Shown here one piece after another: positions 52,691-64,000 of a DNA stretch of 64,000 nt. Numbering within the stretch: the first letter of the stretch is position 1; every line of letters starts with the position of its first letter. Under the pieces are notes generated by a model. It saw only the letters and a list, made by a program, of their open reading frames with translations, did not search any database and had not been told where the DNA came from. Location: assembly GCA_951406725.2 (NCBI GenBank), contig OX597828.1, positions 61,628,001 to 61,692,000 of the forward strand. Reading direction: 5' to 3'. Both the position numbers and the translations under genes were made by a program. This DNA comes from Octopus vulgaris (Eukaryota).

Positions 52691-52910
52691 AAAATACGAT
52701 AAAGAAGAGAATTACAGCAGTGTTGGAGAATCCCATTTGAACGAAAAACAGAAATTAATAGGGAGAACCACAAATATGACAATTTTAAATCGTAAAACAC
52801 AGAAGATCGAAGTGGATTCGTAAACTATGACAACTCATCCATGATCGAATGTGTTTTGATTGTGTGGAGGTGGGATGTTAAGGCGAGAAGGTGTTTTAAG
52901 GGAGAAGTGA

Positions 52911-53063
<153 letters not shown>

Positions 53064-53504
53064 TTTTATTTTTAGACGCTTGGAGATCTTGGTTACTGAT
53101 TAGACTAGAGAAGGAAGCAGAAGTGACATGTGTAGTAGGTGCAGTATGATGGATATAGTTGGAATAGAAAACGGTGGGCACTAAAATAGATGGCAATGTA
53201 GAAAAATTTAACAGTAACAAAGCTGTATAAAATAATAAATATAAAGAAGTTTGAAAAAAGATGAAGAATGAAATGATGAGATGCTTTAGTTGGGGAAGTA
53301 GGAGAGCGCTCTGAGTATATGAAAATAGTAATTGGGACAAAGAGTGAATCACTTTATTTTAACGGAGAACTAATCCTCTTTAATATAGGCAGTAATATTA
53401 AAAAAGATAATGGAAGGATTTACGTTGAATAATGAGAAGGAAATAAACGTAATGGATTTATCTAAGTTGTTACATGTGGTTGTAGTGAACGATAATCATT
53501 ACTA

Positions 53505-53706
53505 AGGCGGAGAGCTGGCAGAATCGTTAGGATACCGGGCAAAATGCTTAGCGACATTTCGTTAGTCGTCACGTTCTGAGTTCAAATTCTGCCGAGGTCG
53601 ACTTTCCATGATCGATAAAAATGAGTTCCAGCTGAGGATTGAGGTCAATGCAATCGACTTACCTCTACCCCTCGAAGTTGCTGGCCTTGTGCCAGAATTT
53701 GAAATC
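53505..53706 (+). mobile_element. Family A SINE followed by (ACT)n/(ACC)n to 53876
   Basis: aggcggagagctggcagaatcgttag...ctgagttcaaattctgccgaggtcgac...gccagaatttgaaatc. Confidence 0.85.
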
Positions 53707-53720
53707 AGTTTGTAATTCAT

Positions 53721-53825
<105 letters not shown>

Positions 53826-53829
53826 CACC

Positions 53830-53875
<46 letters not shown>

Positions 53876-55355
53876 TTTTAAAACCCTACAACTAATTTTA
53901 AGATCGTATTGAACTTTGATGACGTTAAAATTGCTATTACAATAATTACTGTTGACAAGCGAGCCATTTATGTCAGCTAGTGTGACACCATCAGTTTTCT
54001 GGGTGTTTTTTTTCCAGAATAATGAAATGATTTTGGAGCAGTGGTAGAACTGATGCTAATGGTGATCGTGTTGCATGATGTTATGGTATTGCTGTCTTTA
54101 GTATGGTTAGATGTGCGGTTGAAGCATTGCCCGGGACACGGAATCACTGACAAGGACTATTGGCTTACACCGCTTTTCTGACAATGATATTAAAAAAAAT
54201 CAGCTCAAGATCTCTTAGACGAGATTAGTGATCCTTGTGTTTATGGCCGGCTGTTTATGGTTACTGATCATCCAACTTCTTGCATCTAAGGCAGGTATCA
54301 TTAACTTTCACCTGAGGTCGACTCAAACACTATGAGTGGAACTGTCGTTTGTGTTGTACTTGTAATTTAAAGGTCCAACTTGTCACACTGTATTACTATG
54401 ATTCCATTTAACAACTAAGTTAAAATTACAGCTGTCTGGAATATTCGACCATTCCTACATTAATTTAAGTAGTTGTTTGCTTCGTTGATCGAACAAGTAA
54501 ATGGTCAAAATTCACAGAAGATCCATTGGCTTTTCAAGTGCATTAGCGAGGTAAGTGTAACTGGGAACTTGTATTGACCGAAATTTGATACAGGCTCAGG
54601 GTCCATGCTGTCCTTATGCTGAGTATGAGTATTATAGCGTATTCATAAGAGCTCGAGTTTGGGAGAGAAGTCTAGTCAATTTTATTCAGGACAGTACTTT
54701 ACTAGCACTTTATTTTATTAATCCCCGGAAGAGGAAACGCAACCCCAATCCCTGCAATTTGAACACAAAAGACAAAAACTCAGAAAAGAAATTACGCAAC
54801 GCTCTAAACAACACTCTAATGAATATGTCATTGAACTTCCATAATTTTCTTTTTCAATTGTTATACGCTGAGGTTTATATTTTCGACTTCACCTTTACAA
54901 AATTGCTTCCACTTTATTTTATTTTCATTTTAGGGTGGTGTAAACTGATATGTTAGTGTATAACACAAGTTATGGTATCGCGATGTATATTGTACTCGAT
55001 ATAATTATTGTTTAATGTACCAGTTGTGGCCGGTAGTTGATGTTTAGTTTATAGTCATTCTTTATTGAAAAAAATCTGATATATAAGGCATATCAGCCAT
55101 TAACGCCTGATCTTTTTATGACTGCGTTAACCAAAGAATTCCCATCTGGATAAGAGTTGAAGATTTTTCTGCTATTCGTGGCAGGTCGAACGACGCGCCA
55201 GGTCATCGTGGCTCCTTCGATTGCTTCAACATACCTGATTAATACATTATCTTAATGACTGTGTGGGTGGGGAATATTCGATAAAAGTGGTAGTGGAATT
55301 CGAACTTAGTGCGTAAATCGTCAGAACAAATACCGGAATGTATTGTTTGCAACAC

Positions 55356-56420
55356 ATGTATATATGTATGAATGTATGTATGTATGTATGTATGTATGTA
55401 TGTATGTATGTATGTATGTATGTATGTATGTATGTGTGTGTGTATGTATGTATGTATGTATGTATGTATGTATGCATGTATGCATGTATGCATGTATGTA
55501 TGTATGTATGTATGTATGTATGTGTGTATGTATGTATATATATATGCATGTATGTATGTATGTATGTATGTATGTATGTATGTATGTGTGTATGAATGTA
55601 TGTATATATGAATGTATGTATGTATGTATGTATGTATGTATGTATGTATGTATGTATGTATGTATGTATGTATGTATGTATGTATGTGTGTATGTATGTA
55701 TGTATGTATATATGCATGTATGTATCTATGTATGCATGTATGTATGTATGTATGCATGTATATATGTATGCATGTATGTATGTATGTGTGTATGTATGTA
55801 TGTATATATGCATGTATGTATGTATGTATGTATGCATGTATGTATGTATATATATGCATGCATGTATGTATGCATGTATTTATGTATGCATGTATGCATG
55901 TATGTATGTATGTATGTATGTATGTATGCATGTATATATGTATGTATGCATGTATGCATGTATGTATGTGTGTATGTATGTATGTATACATGTATGTATG
56001 TATATATGCATGTATGTATGTATGTATGTATGAATATGCATGCATATATATGTATGCATGTATGTATTGTATGTATGTATGTATATATACATGTATGTAT
56101 GTATGAATGTATGTATGTATGTATATATGCATGTATGTATGTATGTATGTATGCATGTATGCATGCATGTATGTATGTATGTATATATGCATGTATGTAT
56201 GTATGTATATATGCATGTATATAGTATGCATGTATGTATGCATGTATGTATGTATGTATGCATGTATGCATGCATGTATGCATGTATGTATGTATGTATA
56301 TATCCATGTATGTATGTATGTATACATGTATGTATGTATGTATGTATGTATGTATATATGCATGTATGTATGTAGGTATGTATGTATGTAGGTATGTATG
56401 CATGTATGTACGTATGTATG

Positions 56421-56454
<34 letters not shown>

Positions 56455-56470
56455 TGCATGTATGTATGTG
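55356..56470. repeat. 1.1-kb degenerate (TATG)n satellite with CATG/TATA variants
   Basis: Direct observation. It is the source of many spurious long ORFs. Confidence 0.97.
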
Positions 56471-56861
56471 TATAGTATATAATGTGTGTACAGTTAGATG
56501 TGCAGGTGATCGATTTAGAGTTTAGAGCTTCACATGGATTACTATCATCCAGTTTGCTTCCATTGTAGTGGTTTGGCCACTACTGTACTAAGTAGTATTA
56601 CTGGTTGTGATATGCAGATCTAGTGTTGGAGAAATTATATTACACACAAATTTATATAACATGTTACCTACGTACGTATCGCCGTTGTGGCCGTTTGGAA
56701 CCTCTGCATTGAATGTTCCAAATGCGATTAGAAGCTGAACCATAATGGATTATCATGGGAGGATTTTAATGAATTATGTCAGCGATCAAATGTCCCTAAT
56801 AATCCGTTGTGGTTAAGTATGGACGAAATCATGCAAACTTTTGTTTATCATGATTTATCAT

Positions 56862-56902
<41 letters not shown>

Positions 56903-57067
56903 TATATATATATAAAATATTACGTCATATAAACGATAAATTTTGTCCTTTATATACATTTCTGTAGATAGAAGTCGTAGTTGCTCGGCTATTTTTAGAA
57001 ATGTTGCCATACCATTTTTCAGTATCTACACACATACATACATACATACTTATATATATATGTACAC

Positions 57068-57101
<34 letters not shown>

Positions 57102-57139
57102 AAATACTAACTATATGCATCTCTCTCTCTCACTTTATA

Positions 57140-57183
<44 letters not shown>

Positions 57184-57225
57184 AATACTAGCTATATGCA
57201 TCTGCAGGCATCACCTGAATTAGAG

Positions 57226-57830
57226 CTATGATTCTGATGAACCAACTGAGATGGTGTGGCCATATTTTTCGAATGGCAGATAAACGCATGCCGAATCATC
57301 TATTGGTGTTAACCTAAAAAAAGGTTTAAGGACGGTATAAGGACTACTATGAAGTGATTTTGAACGTTTCCAGAAGATATAGAAACCCTTGCTTCGGATC
57401 AAGTTGGATGGCGAACAAAGTTGTGGATTGGAGTGAAAGCATTTGAAAAGGCGAGGATAAGGCAAGTAAGACTCAAAAGAGATTTAAGGAAGAATGTAAC
57501 AGTAAGGTGAATTACAATGACCTTTTTATGTGCATAGTCTGTGACCATGCCTATTTTTTGCTGGCCTCAAATCTCATCTGCGAACGCATGGAAAACGAAC
57601 CTCCACCAACTATTCTGCCTATATGTCTCTGCACACCTTTGAATGCAGTGTATGCCAGAAGATTTGCAAATGCAACGGAGGACATTTTAAGATCCACAAA
57701 GAGCAGAAGTTATCTGCAGCTCTTGGTGGTCCAAATCGGAGGTGAAATCTATGTGGGTGTTTTTTCAGAACATTGGTTTAAAAAGCATCATCAGATGCCA
57801 TCATGGTACAAGTTGTAGTTACAGGAGGTG
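57226..57830 (+). mobile_element. Decayed RTE-clade LINE 3' end
   Basis: [22 protein letters not shown], typical of the RTE QLRWxGHxxRM motif, with Cys-rich remnants downstream. Confidence 0.75.
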
Positions 57831-57924
57831 GTCAATCTCTGCATAAGGAGTAGATAACCACCATAGACAAATATATATATATATATACAAATATATATCA
57901 AGTATATAAATTATATGTATAGAC

Positions 57925-57974
<50 letters not shown>

Positions 57975-58019
57975 GTATATATATATACATACATACATAT
58001 ATATACATGTATATATATT

Positions 58020-58061
<42 letters not shown>

Positions 58062-58091
58062 CATACATACACATATATATATACACATACA

Positions 58092-58124
<33 letters not shown>

Positions 58125-58145
58125 ATACACATTTATAAATATATA

Positions 58146-58276
58146 GGCACTGGAGTGGCTGTGTGGTAAGTACAATAAGATTCCGACTTCAGTCCCACTG
58201 CGTGGCACCTTGAGCAATTGTATTCTATTATAGCCAAACAAAACCTTGAGAATGGATTTGGTAGATGGAAACTGAT
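58146..58276 (+). mobile_element. Family B SINE 5' part followed by (GT)n
   Basis: ggcactggagtggctgtgtggtaag...ttcagtcccactgcgtggcaccttgagcaa...ggatttggtagatggaaactga. Confidence 0.8.
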
Positions 58277-58280
58277 ATGA

Positions 58281-58361
<81 letters not shown>

Positions 58362-58782
58362 TGCGTCTTGCAACCTTTTCAATAGTCTTGACTATTGAAA
58401 AAGTTGCAAGACGGAACAAAAATTTTAGAAAAAGAAAAATAAGAAAAAAAGTGGAAATTTTACCGCTGAGTGTGTTACATTATAAAGTACAAAAAGAAAC
58501 TGACTCACCCCAGACACAACAGAATATGCTTCAACACACGACATCATATAAAAATTCTTGCAAACCAAATCCCAAAGCGAAACATATATACACATATATA
58601 CATATATGTATATATACATTTATATATATATACATATATATGTATGTATACATATACATGTGTATATATACATATATACATATACTTATATACATATGTA
58701 TACGTCTATATATATATGTATATATATAAATATATATATATACATACCTACATACATATACATATATACATACATACATACA

Positions 58783-58818
<36 letters not shown>

Positions 58819-58825
58819 TATATAC

Positions 58826-59409
58826 CCATGCATTGTGGGTAGCGGATTTGTTCTTTGTGAAGAGTCGTTCTTCGACGGAGTGATATTTCTGTTTGGCCTA
58901 TATAGTGAATTCCGCACAAGGGGAAATTCGATGCCCACAATAAAGACAGATACAGGTCAGTGAATACATAGAAAGATGTCCTAGGAACCTTGAGCCGAAC
59001 TTCCTAATTTTCCCTTTCTATCAGTATTCACAGAATACTTCAGTATAGCAAAGATTAAATAAAGAGGCAACTTTCATTAATAACTCAACTCATCCACAAC
59101 TTAACATGAACACGCAACTTCATACAGGATCCTACTAACCTTACCAATAATATCACTAATTTCCATACATACCATACACCATTCATATTCCAGTATTTAT
59201 TTCTACCTTAATTGCATCACTTCCAGGACTGCTTACCTCCTTTGCATGTAATCTTTTCACTCAGGTACTATTAGACCCGATACTGCTTGGAAATCGGCGT
59301 TCATTCAAAGTCAGTGAACAACTTTTAACGATACCGGTATGATCTTGAATCTCTTTAATGATTTATAATAATTACTTTTATACCTCTTAATTCCACCTCA
59401 ATTCATCTA

Positions 59410-59410
<1 letters not shown>
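58826..59410 (+). mobile_element. PLE GIY-YIG 3' fragment with an inverted 5' segment
   Basis: Minus strand 58933-58832 reads [28 protein letters not shown]. Plus strand from 58935 continues [29 protein letters not shown]...RLNKEATFI. Confidence 0.8.
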
Positions 59411-59481
<71 letters not shown>

Positions 59482-59569
59482 TTTACGTTTCATAAAAAAA
59501 CCTTTATTTTTATATGTGCATTTTTTATCTTTAATGTGCATTTTCTCTTTTTTCTTTCTACTTTTCCCC

Positions 59570-59617
<48 letters not shown>

Positions 59618-59627
59618 TATATAGTGG

Positions 59628-59866
59628 TATTAACGTGCAAGCGCTGAGCAATCAACAGACACGCATACCCTTAACGTAGTTCTCAGGGAGATTCAGCATG
59701 ACACAGAGTGTCACAAGGATGGCCCTTTTAAATACAGGTACTACTTATTTATGCCAGCTCAGTGGACTGGAGCAACGTTAAATAAAGTGTCTTGATCAAG
59801 GATATAACACGTCGCCGGGAAATAGACTCATGATCGTGAGCCAAATGCCCTAACTACTAGGCCATG
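59628..59866 (-). mobile_element. tRNA-derived SINE (family D)
   Basis: Reverse-complement head tggcctagtagttagggcatttggctcacgatc...ttcccggcgac, body ccttgtgacactctgtgtcatgctgaatctccctgagaactacgttaaggg. Related relics near 54360-54500 (+) and 6065-6130 (-). Confidence 0.75.
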
Positions 59867-59911
59867 CACCTTCATATAATATACATACATACATACATAT
59901 ATATATATATG

Positions 59912-59968
<57 letters not shown>

Positions 59969-60045
59969 TATCATATGTATGTATATATATTAAGTATAGG
60001 AAAGAATGGAACTGAACGAAGATTTAACAAAATTCCTTTATTTTA

Positions 60046-60129
60046 TTTTCGACATATGTTTCGAAGTCTGCAAAGTCCCTAATTCCGATTGAATAAGGAG
60101 TCCATTATGCAGCTTTCTCTTCAGGAAAA
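60046..60129 (-). ncRNA. Type-I hammerhead ribozyme motif (left arm of the palindrome)
   Basis: Minus strand: ttttc-CTGAAGA-gaaagctgca...tgcagacttc-GAAA-catatg-TC-gaaaa. Confidence 0.85.
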
Positions 60130-60270
60130 TCCAGGAACTTAATTCTCCAACAAAATGCATAGCAAGCTTTTCGACAACTGCTCACGAGGAGCCCATTAAT
60201 TTCATGGGCTCCTCGTGAGCAGTTGTCGAAAAGCTTGCTGTGCATTTTGTTGGAGAATTAAGTTCCTGGA

Positions 60271-60354
60271 TTTTCCTGAAGAAGAAGCTGCATAATGGAC
60301 TCCTTATTCAATCGGAATTAGGGACTTTGCAGACTTCGAAACATATGTCGAAAA
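60271..60354 (+). ncRNA. Type-I hammerhead ribozyme motif (right arm of the palindrome)
   Basis: ttttc-CTGAAGA-a gaag ctgca...tcctta...taggga...tgcag a cttc-GAAA-catatg-TC-gaaaa. Intact core, GUC triplet, palindromic stem III. Confidence 0.88.
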
Positions 60355-60405
60355 TAAAATAAAGGAATTTTGTTAAATCTTCGTTCAGCTCCATTCTTTC
60401 CTATA

Positions 60406-60450
<45 letters not shown>

Positions 60451-60499
60451 ATAATTGAGGGTAAAATTAATTAATTAATCAATTTTACTAAGCCCTAAT

Positions 60500-60559
<60 letters not shown>

Positions 60560-60593
60560 GTATTTTATATATTTGATAAAGAGGACAACAAGA

Positions 60594-60732
60594 GTATAGA
60601 TTAAGGAAACGATGAAATGAAGGACTGGAAAAAAATGAAATGAAGAAAAAATGAAGCATAAAAGTCCATAGTTCAGCTTTCATTTCTCTATTTTTCCCCA
60701 GTCCTTTATTTCATCGATTCCTTAATCTATAC
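60594..60732. repeat. Inverted repeat with ~35-bp arms
   Basis: gtatagattaaggaaacgatgaaatgaaggactgg / ccagtcctttatttcatcgattccttaatctatac. Confidence 0.88.
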
Positions 60733-60753
60733 CCTTCACATTTTCTCTATTTG

Positions 60754-60806
60754 TCTCCTATGACGGAGGTGCCCATATTTGAGATATCCCAGAAACAGTT
60801 GTAAGA
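60754..60806 (+). ncRNA. Degenerate hammerhead relic
   Basis: tct-CCTATGA-cggaggtgccca tatt tgagatatccca-GAAA-cagttg-TA-aga. Core has 2 substitutions and stem III is near-palindromic. Confidence 0.45.
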
Positions 60807-61026
60807 AATTTTTCTAATAATAACGTATATGACTCGAGATATTTGTTTCGCATTAGCATTTCTAGTCCTCTTTAACAAATATATATCCACTATATCGGAA
60901 ATCTACACTGGTTTCATAACTGCCGTCTCGGCTATGAACATGGAACCCTGGTAATCCATTACAGCACTTACTCAGCGAACATAGTCGTTTAGACCACCTG
61001 TGAACTAAACCCCCATACTTTATATG

Positions 61027-61075
<49 letters not shown>

Positions 61076-61569
61076 ATGTAATATACATATAAAATATACA
61101 TATATATATATATATGATATATAAATATACATACATATATATATGATATATAAATATGTATAATATATATACGATATGTATTATATATATATATATAAAC
61201 ATGGCCATTGACTTGGTACTCTTATTCTATCTGTTACATATGTTTCCGTATTATGCAACTCATGCACATTATAGATGCAGCCCGAAGATGCACCCTATAG
61301 GGCCAGTATGGTAAGCATACACGTTTGAGAAGAAATACGAAAAGTAAAACACCTAAATTTAATCACCCGGAGGTAGAAGACGCGAAGGGATGGCGACACC
61401 GACACCGACATGTTTGCGACACCGACTCACATAACCGAAAAAAAGTGGGGTTGATGTTTGTAAGGATACGGATTAGTTTTCCTGCAGAAAATGGGGACGT
61501 GGGTTATATGTGGAAGAAATATTGTATGGTTTACATAATTATCTCATTTTCATTTCTAGAGGAGTATCT

Positions 61570-62060
61570 TAATAAGAGAAAAATTACCCCATTTCATCAG
61601 AATCCATTTTCTCTTCAACTCAAACTCACAGAAAATTAGCTATTCAACAATTTTGCATCTATAACAAAATTAAGAATAATTTGAACTAGCCAATGAACAA
61701 CATCCCGATGAAATGCTGTTACCATCTTGAAAAAGAATATCCAGTCAACGGAAACTGCGTCGGAAAACGAATTATAAAAACATTTACTGTCATGTATAAC
61801 ATTAATCGAAACGGTATTGATTATATAGGGATGACGGCTAACCAACTTAAAAGACACGAGGAGTGCAAATAAGGCGGGATGCAAAACTAACGACATATCC
61901 CCCGGTTTTTTTAATGATAATGATATACTCAATGAAACAGAGCACCAGCTCACAATCAATGACTTTCTGTTGTCTTTGTACTTTGCGAAGGCTATTAATC
62001 CCGAAACGCGGAAACAAAAATGGTATGTACACACAGAATTACCTCTTCATGTCTTCACAT
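61570..62060 (+). mobile_element. Highly decayed Naiad-like PLE endonuclease relic
   Basis: RKITPFHQNPFS, EYPVNGNCV and YIGMTANQLKR parallel motifs in the element at 2090-2460. Confidence 0.6.
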
Positions 62061-62526
62061 GCGCATGTAGCTCCTTAGATATAATAATAACATTCCAACA
62101 GCAGTAATATGAGATCCTGATACAACATGATTTGCTCTTTTCATTCCTTTCTTTTCTTCAGTTTTCAATTAATATTTCGCGACCGAACTGGTAATGACGA
62201 CAGAGTGGCCTCCCCTCTACAGAAACGCCCAAATAAATAAACACAGTAATTCAATAACTCAGACCATTTCTTCCCTCTATAAAAACTTGTTTTTAGAAAC
62301 TTACAAAGGGAAAAACTCTTTTTTCTTTCCTTCTTTTTTTTTTAATAAATCCACATATCGACTACCACCACATCTTTTCCACTCACACACAAGCGTACAC
62401 ATAACTTTAACTGATAGATACAAACAGGACTCAAAACTTACACATGCGCGGAGAAGCACTCGCAGATACACATACGTTTCAAACAGCAGGCACACAATCC
62501 CACACGCATTCACTAAACTTTTCAAA

Positions 62527-62571
<45 letters not shown>

Positions 62572-62967
62572 GTTCACAATTGCCGAAAACACAGAGGACG
62601 CATTTTTACTAATACAAAATCCAATGAATATACACGCAGTATAATTCCAACATACTTCACCTTATTAACATGACGCCTTGGCTTCCATTCTCGTTATAAG
62701 AATCAACATTTACAGACGGAAATGCGGATCCTGTCTCACTTTGCTTAAAGATACATATAACGAAACGAATAATTTTCATGTGAAACATCCAACTCTTAAT
62801 AAATTATATATATTACTCTGAGAATTAGTACTAGAAATCTATTGTTTTATAGTTTTATTCACATACACACACGCACACACACAGCACACTCGTACGCACA
62901 CACACACACATGCACACAGAAAGAAAGATAGACACACACACACACTCACACACACACACACACACAC

Positions 62968-63046
<79 letters not shown>

Positions 63047-63049
63047 GTG

Positions 63050-64000
63050 AAAAATAAGGATGAGAAACAAAAGATGGGTTACCAATACGCATATAGTAAA
63101 ATATATTCCGTTATAAAAATATGTGCACAAAATCGTACAATAAAAATATACAGATATATAAATACATAAAAAAAACTTTAAAAGTATATAAATATCGCGA
63201 TAAAAATACACTAAGAATACATTAAGATTATACAAATATATAGTCCAGCTTACAATAAAAGCGATATTAAAAATATACAAATAGAATTGGTGGAGTAGAA
63301 AATCAGAATAGAATGTTATCAATCCATATGGAAGGTTATAAGTCCTTAAGGTCCGACGGCCGTTTCTGGGAGCATAGTGGTCCAAATATATTATAGATTT
63401 TAAAGTCCATTAATTCTTACCACCTCCGTGTTCAGGGAAGTTTCGAACTGATAAGTTTACATTTGTTATGCTGATGTAGTGCAATTCAAAGTTGATAGAC
63501 TTTATAAAGAGCTACACGTATTATTAAGGAGCTAGGGGCGCTTTTTAGAGAGTAGTAGGAGGAGAGAATATAATACTATTATGACAAAGCTATTAATAAT
63601 ATTAGAGGTGGAGGGTTACAGGAGAAGGTAAATTCAAATATTTTACAATTCAAATTTACTTAAATAATAATTTATAGCAAAAATATGAAGAGTTTACCAA
63701 ATGAGTAAAGGTCGAATAATACCTGTGTCTATACAAGAGAAGAAAACATCTTAAAACCTTTTTAACATTGAAGAATTATACATACGCAGAATAGTTAATG
63801 ATTTTTTAATACAGAATTTACATTTACGTGTATATGAATTGTAAGGGAGTGCTCCTGTTACTATTGACCAGGATAGTTTGTACTGTATATTTTGTGCTTT
63901 GAGATTATGGATATGTGTAGCTAGTGCAGTAGAAAATTTGGTTTGGGGGTTAATAAAAGAATTAATATGTGTACGATATCTACGCTTAATGTCTACTGTG
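63050..64000 (-). mobile_element. Naiad-like PLE 3' end (GIY-YIG C-terminus + UTR), cut by the window edge
   Basis: Minus strand reads IKRRYRTHINSF..STALATHIHNLK..KLSWSIVTGALPYNSYTRKCKFCI. The UTR ends at (TA)n. Confidence 0.8.
63352..63438 (-). ncRNA. Type-I hammerhead motif with one core substitution
   Basis: Minus strand: tcc-CTGAACA-c ggag gtggt[AT loop]accac tatg ctcc ca-GAAA-cggccg-TC-gga. Confidence 0.75.

Larger units (their letters stand above)
59991..60409. repeat. 419-bp near-perfect palindrome between (TA)n tracts
   Basis: Arms ~206 bp, 7-nt loop taatttc at 60197-60203, about 4 mismatched positions. Confidence 0.97.

Noticed and set aside
55239-56482. Long ORFs (up to 406 aa) of HTYI/MYVC repeats
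   Set aside because: Translations of a (TATG)n satellite that lacks stop codons. No protein signal.
57234-57290. CTGATGA motif
   Set aside because: Part of the RTE coding relic (LMNQLRW), with no ribozyme stems.
61278-61330. CCGAAGA-tgc...gca-TACA-cg-TT hammerhead-like spacing
   Set aside because: Three core substitutions and no stem I.

Overview
Eukaryotic, AT-rich and saturated with microsatellites and transposable elements. The SINE types and (TA)n/(TATG)n/(CA)n density suggest an octopus or other coleoid genome (inference, no search run). I see no credible host exon: almost all listed ORFs are microsatellite read-throughs or TE fragments. Recognisable elements are a near full-length, decayed R4/Dong-type RLE LINE inside (TAA)n (7966-12110, -), a second R4-type relic, an RTE relic, three Tc1/mariner relics, many tRNA-derived SINEs, and about eight Penelope-like element (PLE; RT + GIY-YIG) fragments. 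The main unexplained signal is about 13 minimal type-I hammerhead ribozyme (HHR) motifs or clear relics (CUGANGA...GAAA, tiny and usually palindromic stem III, UH). They sit in PLE 3' ends, in short (TA)n-bounded non-coding cassettes, and as a mirrored pair in a 419-bp palindrome. One type is a tRNA-like Pol III head + (AAT)n + HHR unit. It occurs both as the 3' end of a TSD-flanked PLE and as a solo copy, making it a candidate PLE-mobilised, ribozyme-bearing SINE. Local fold-back inverted duplications next to microsatellites also recur. All structures were read by eye, and no folding, alignment or activity data exist.
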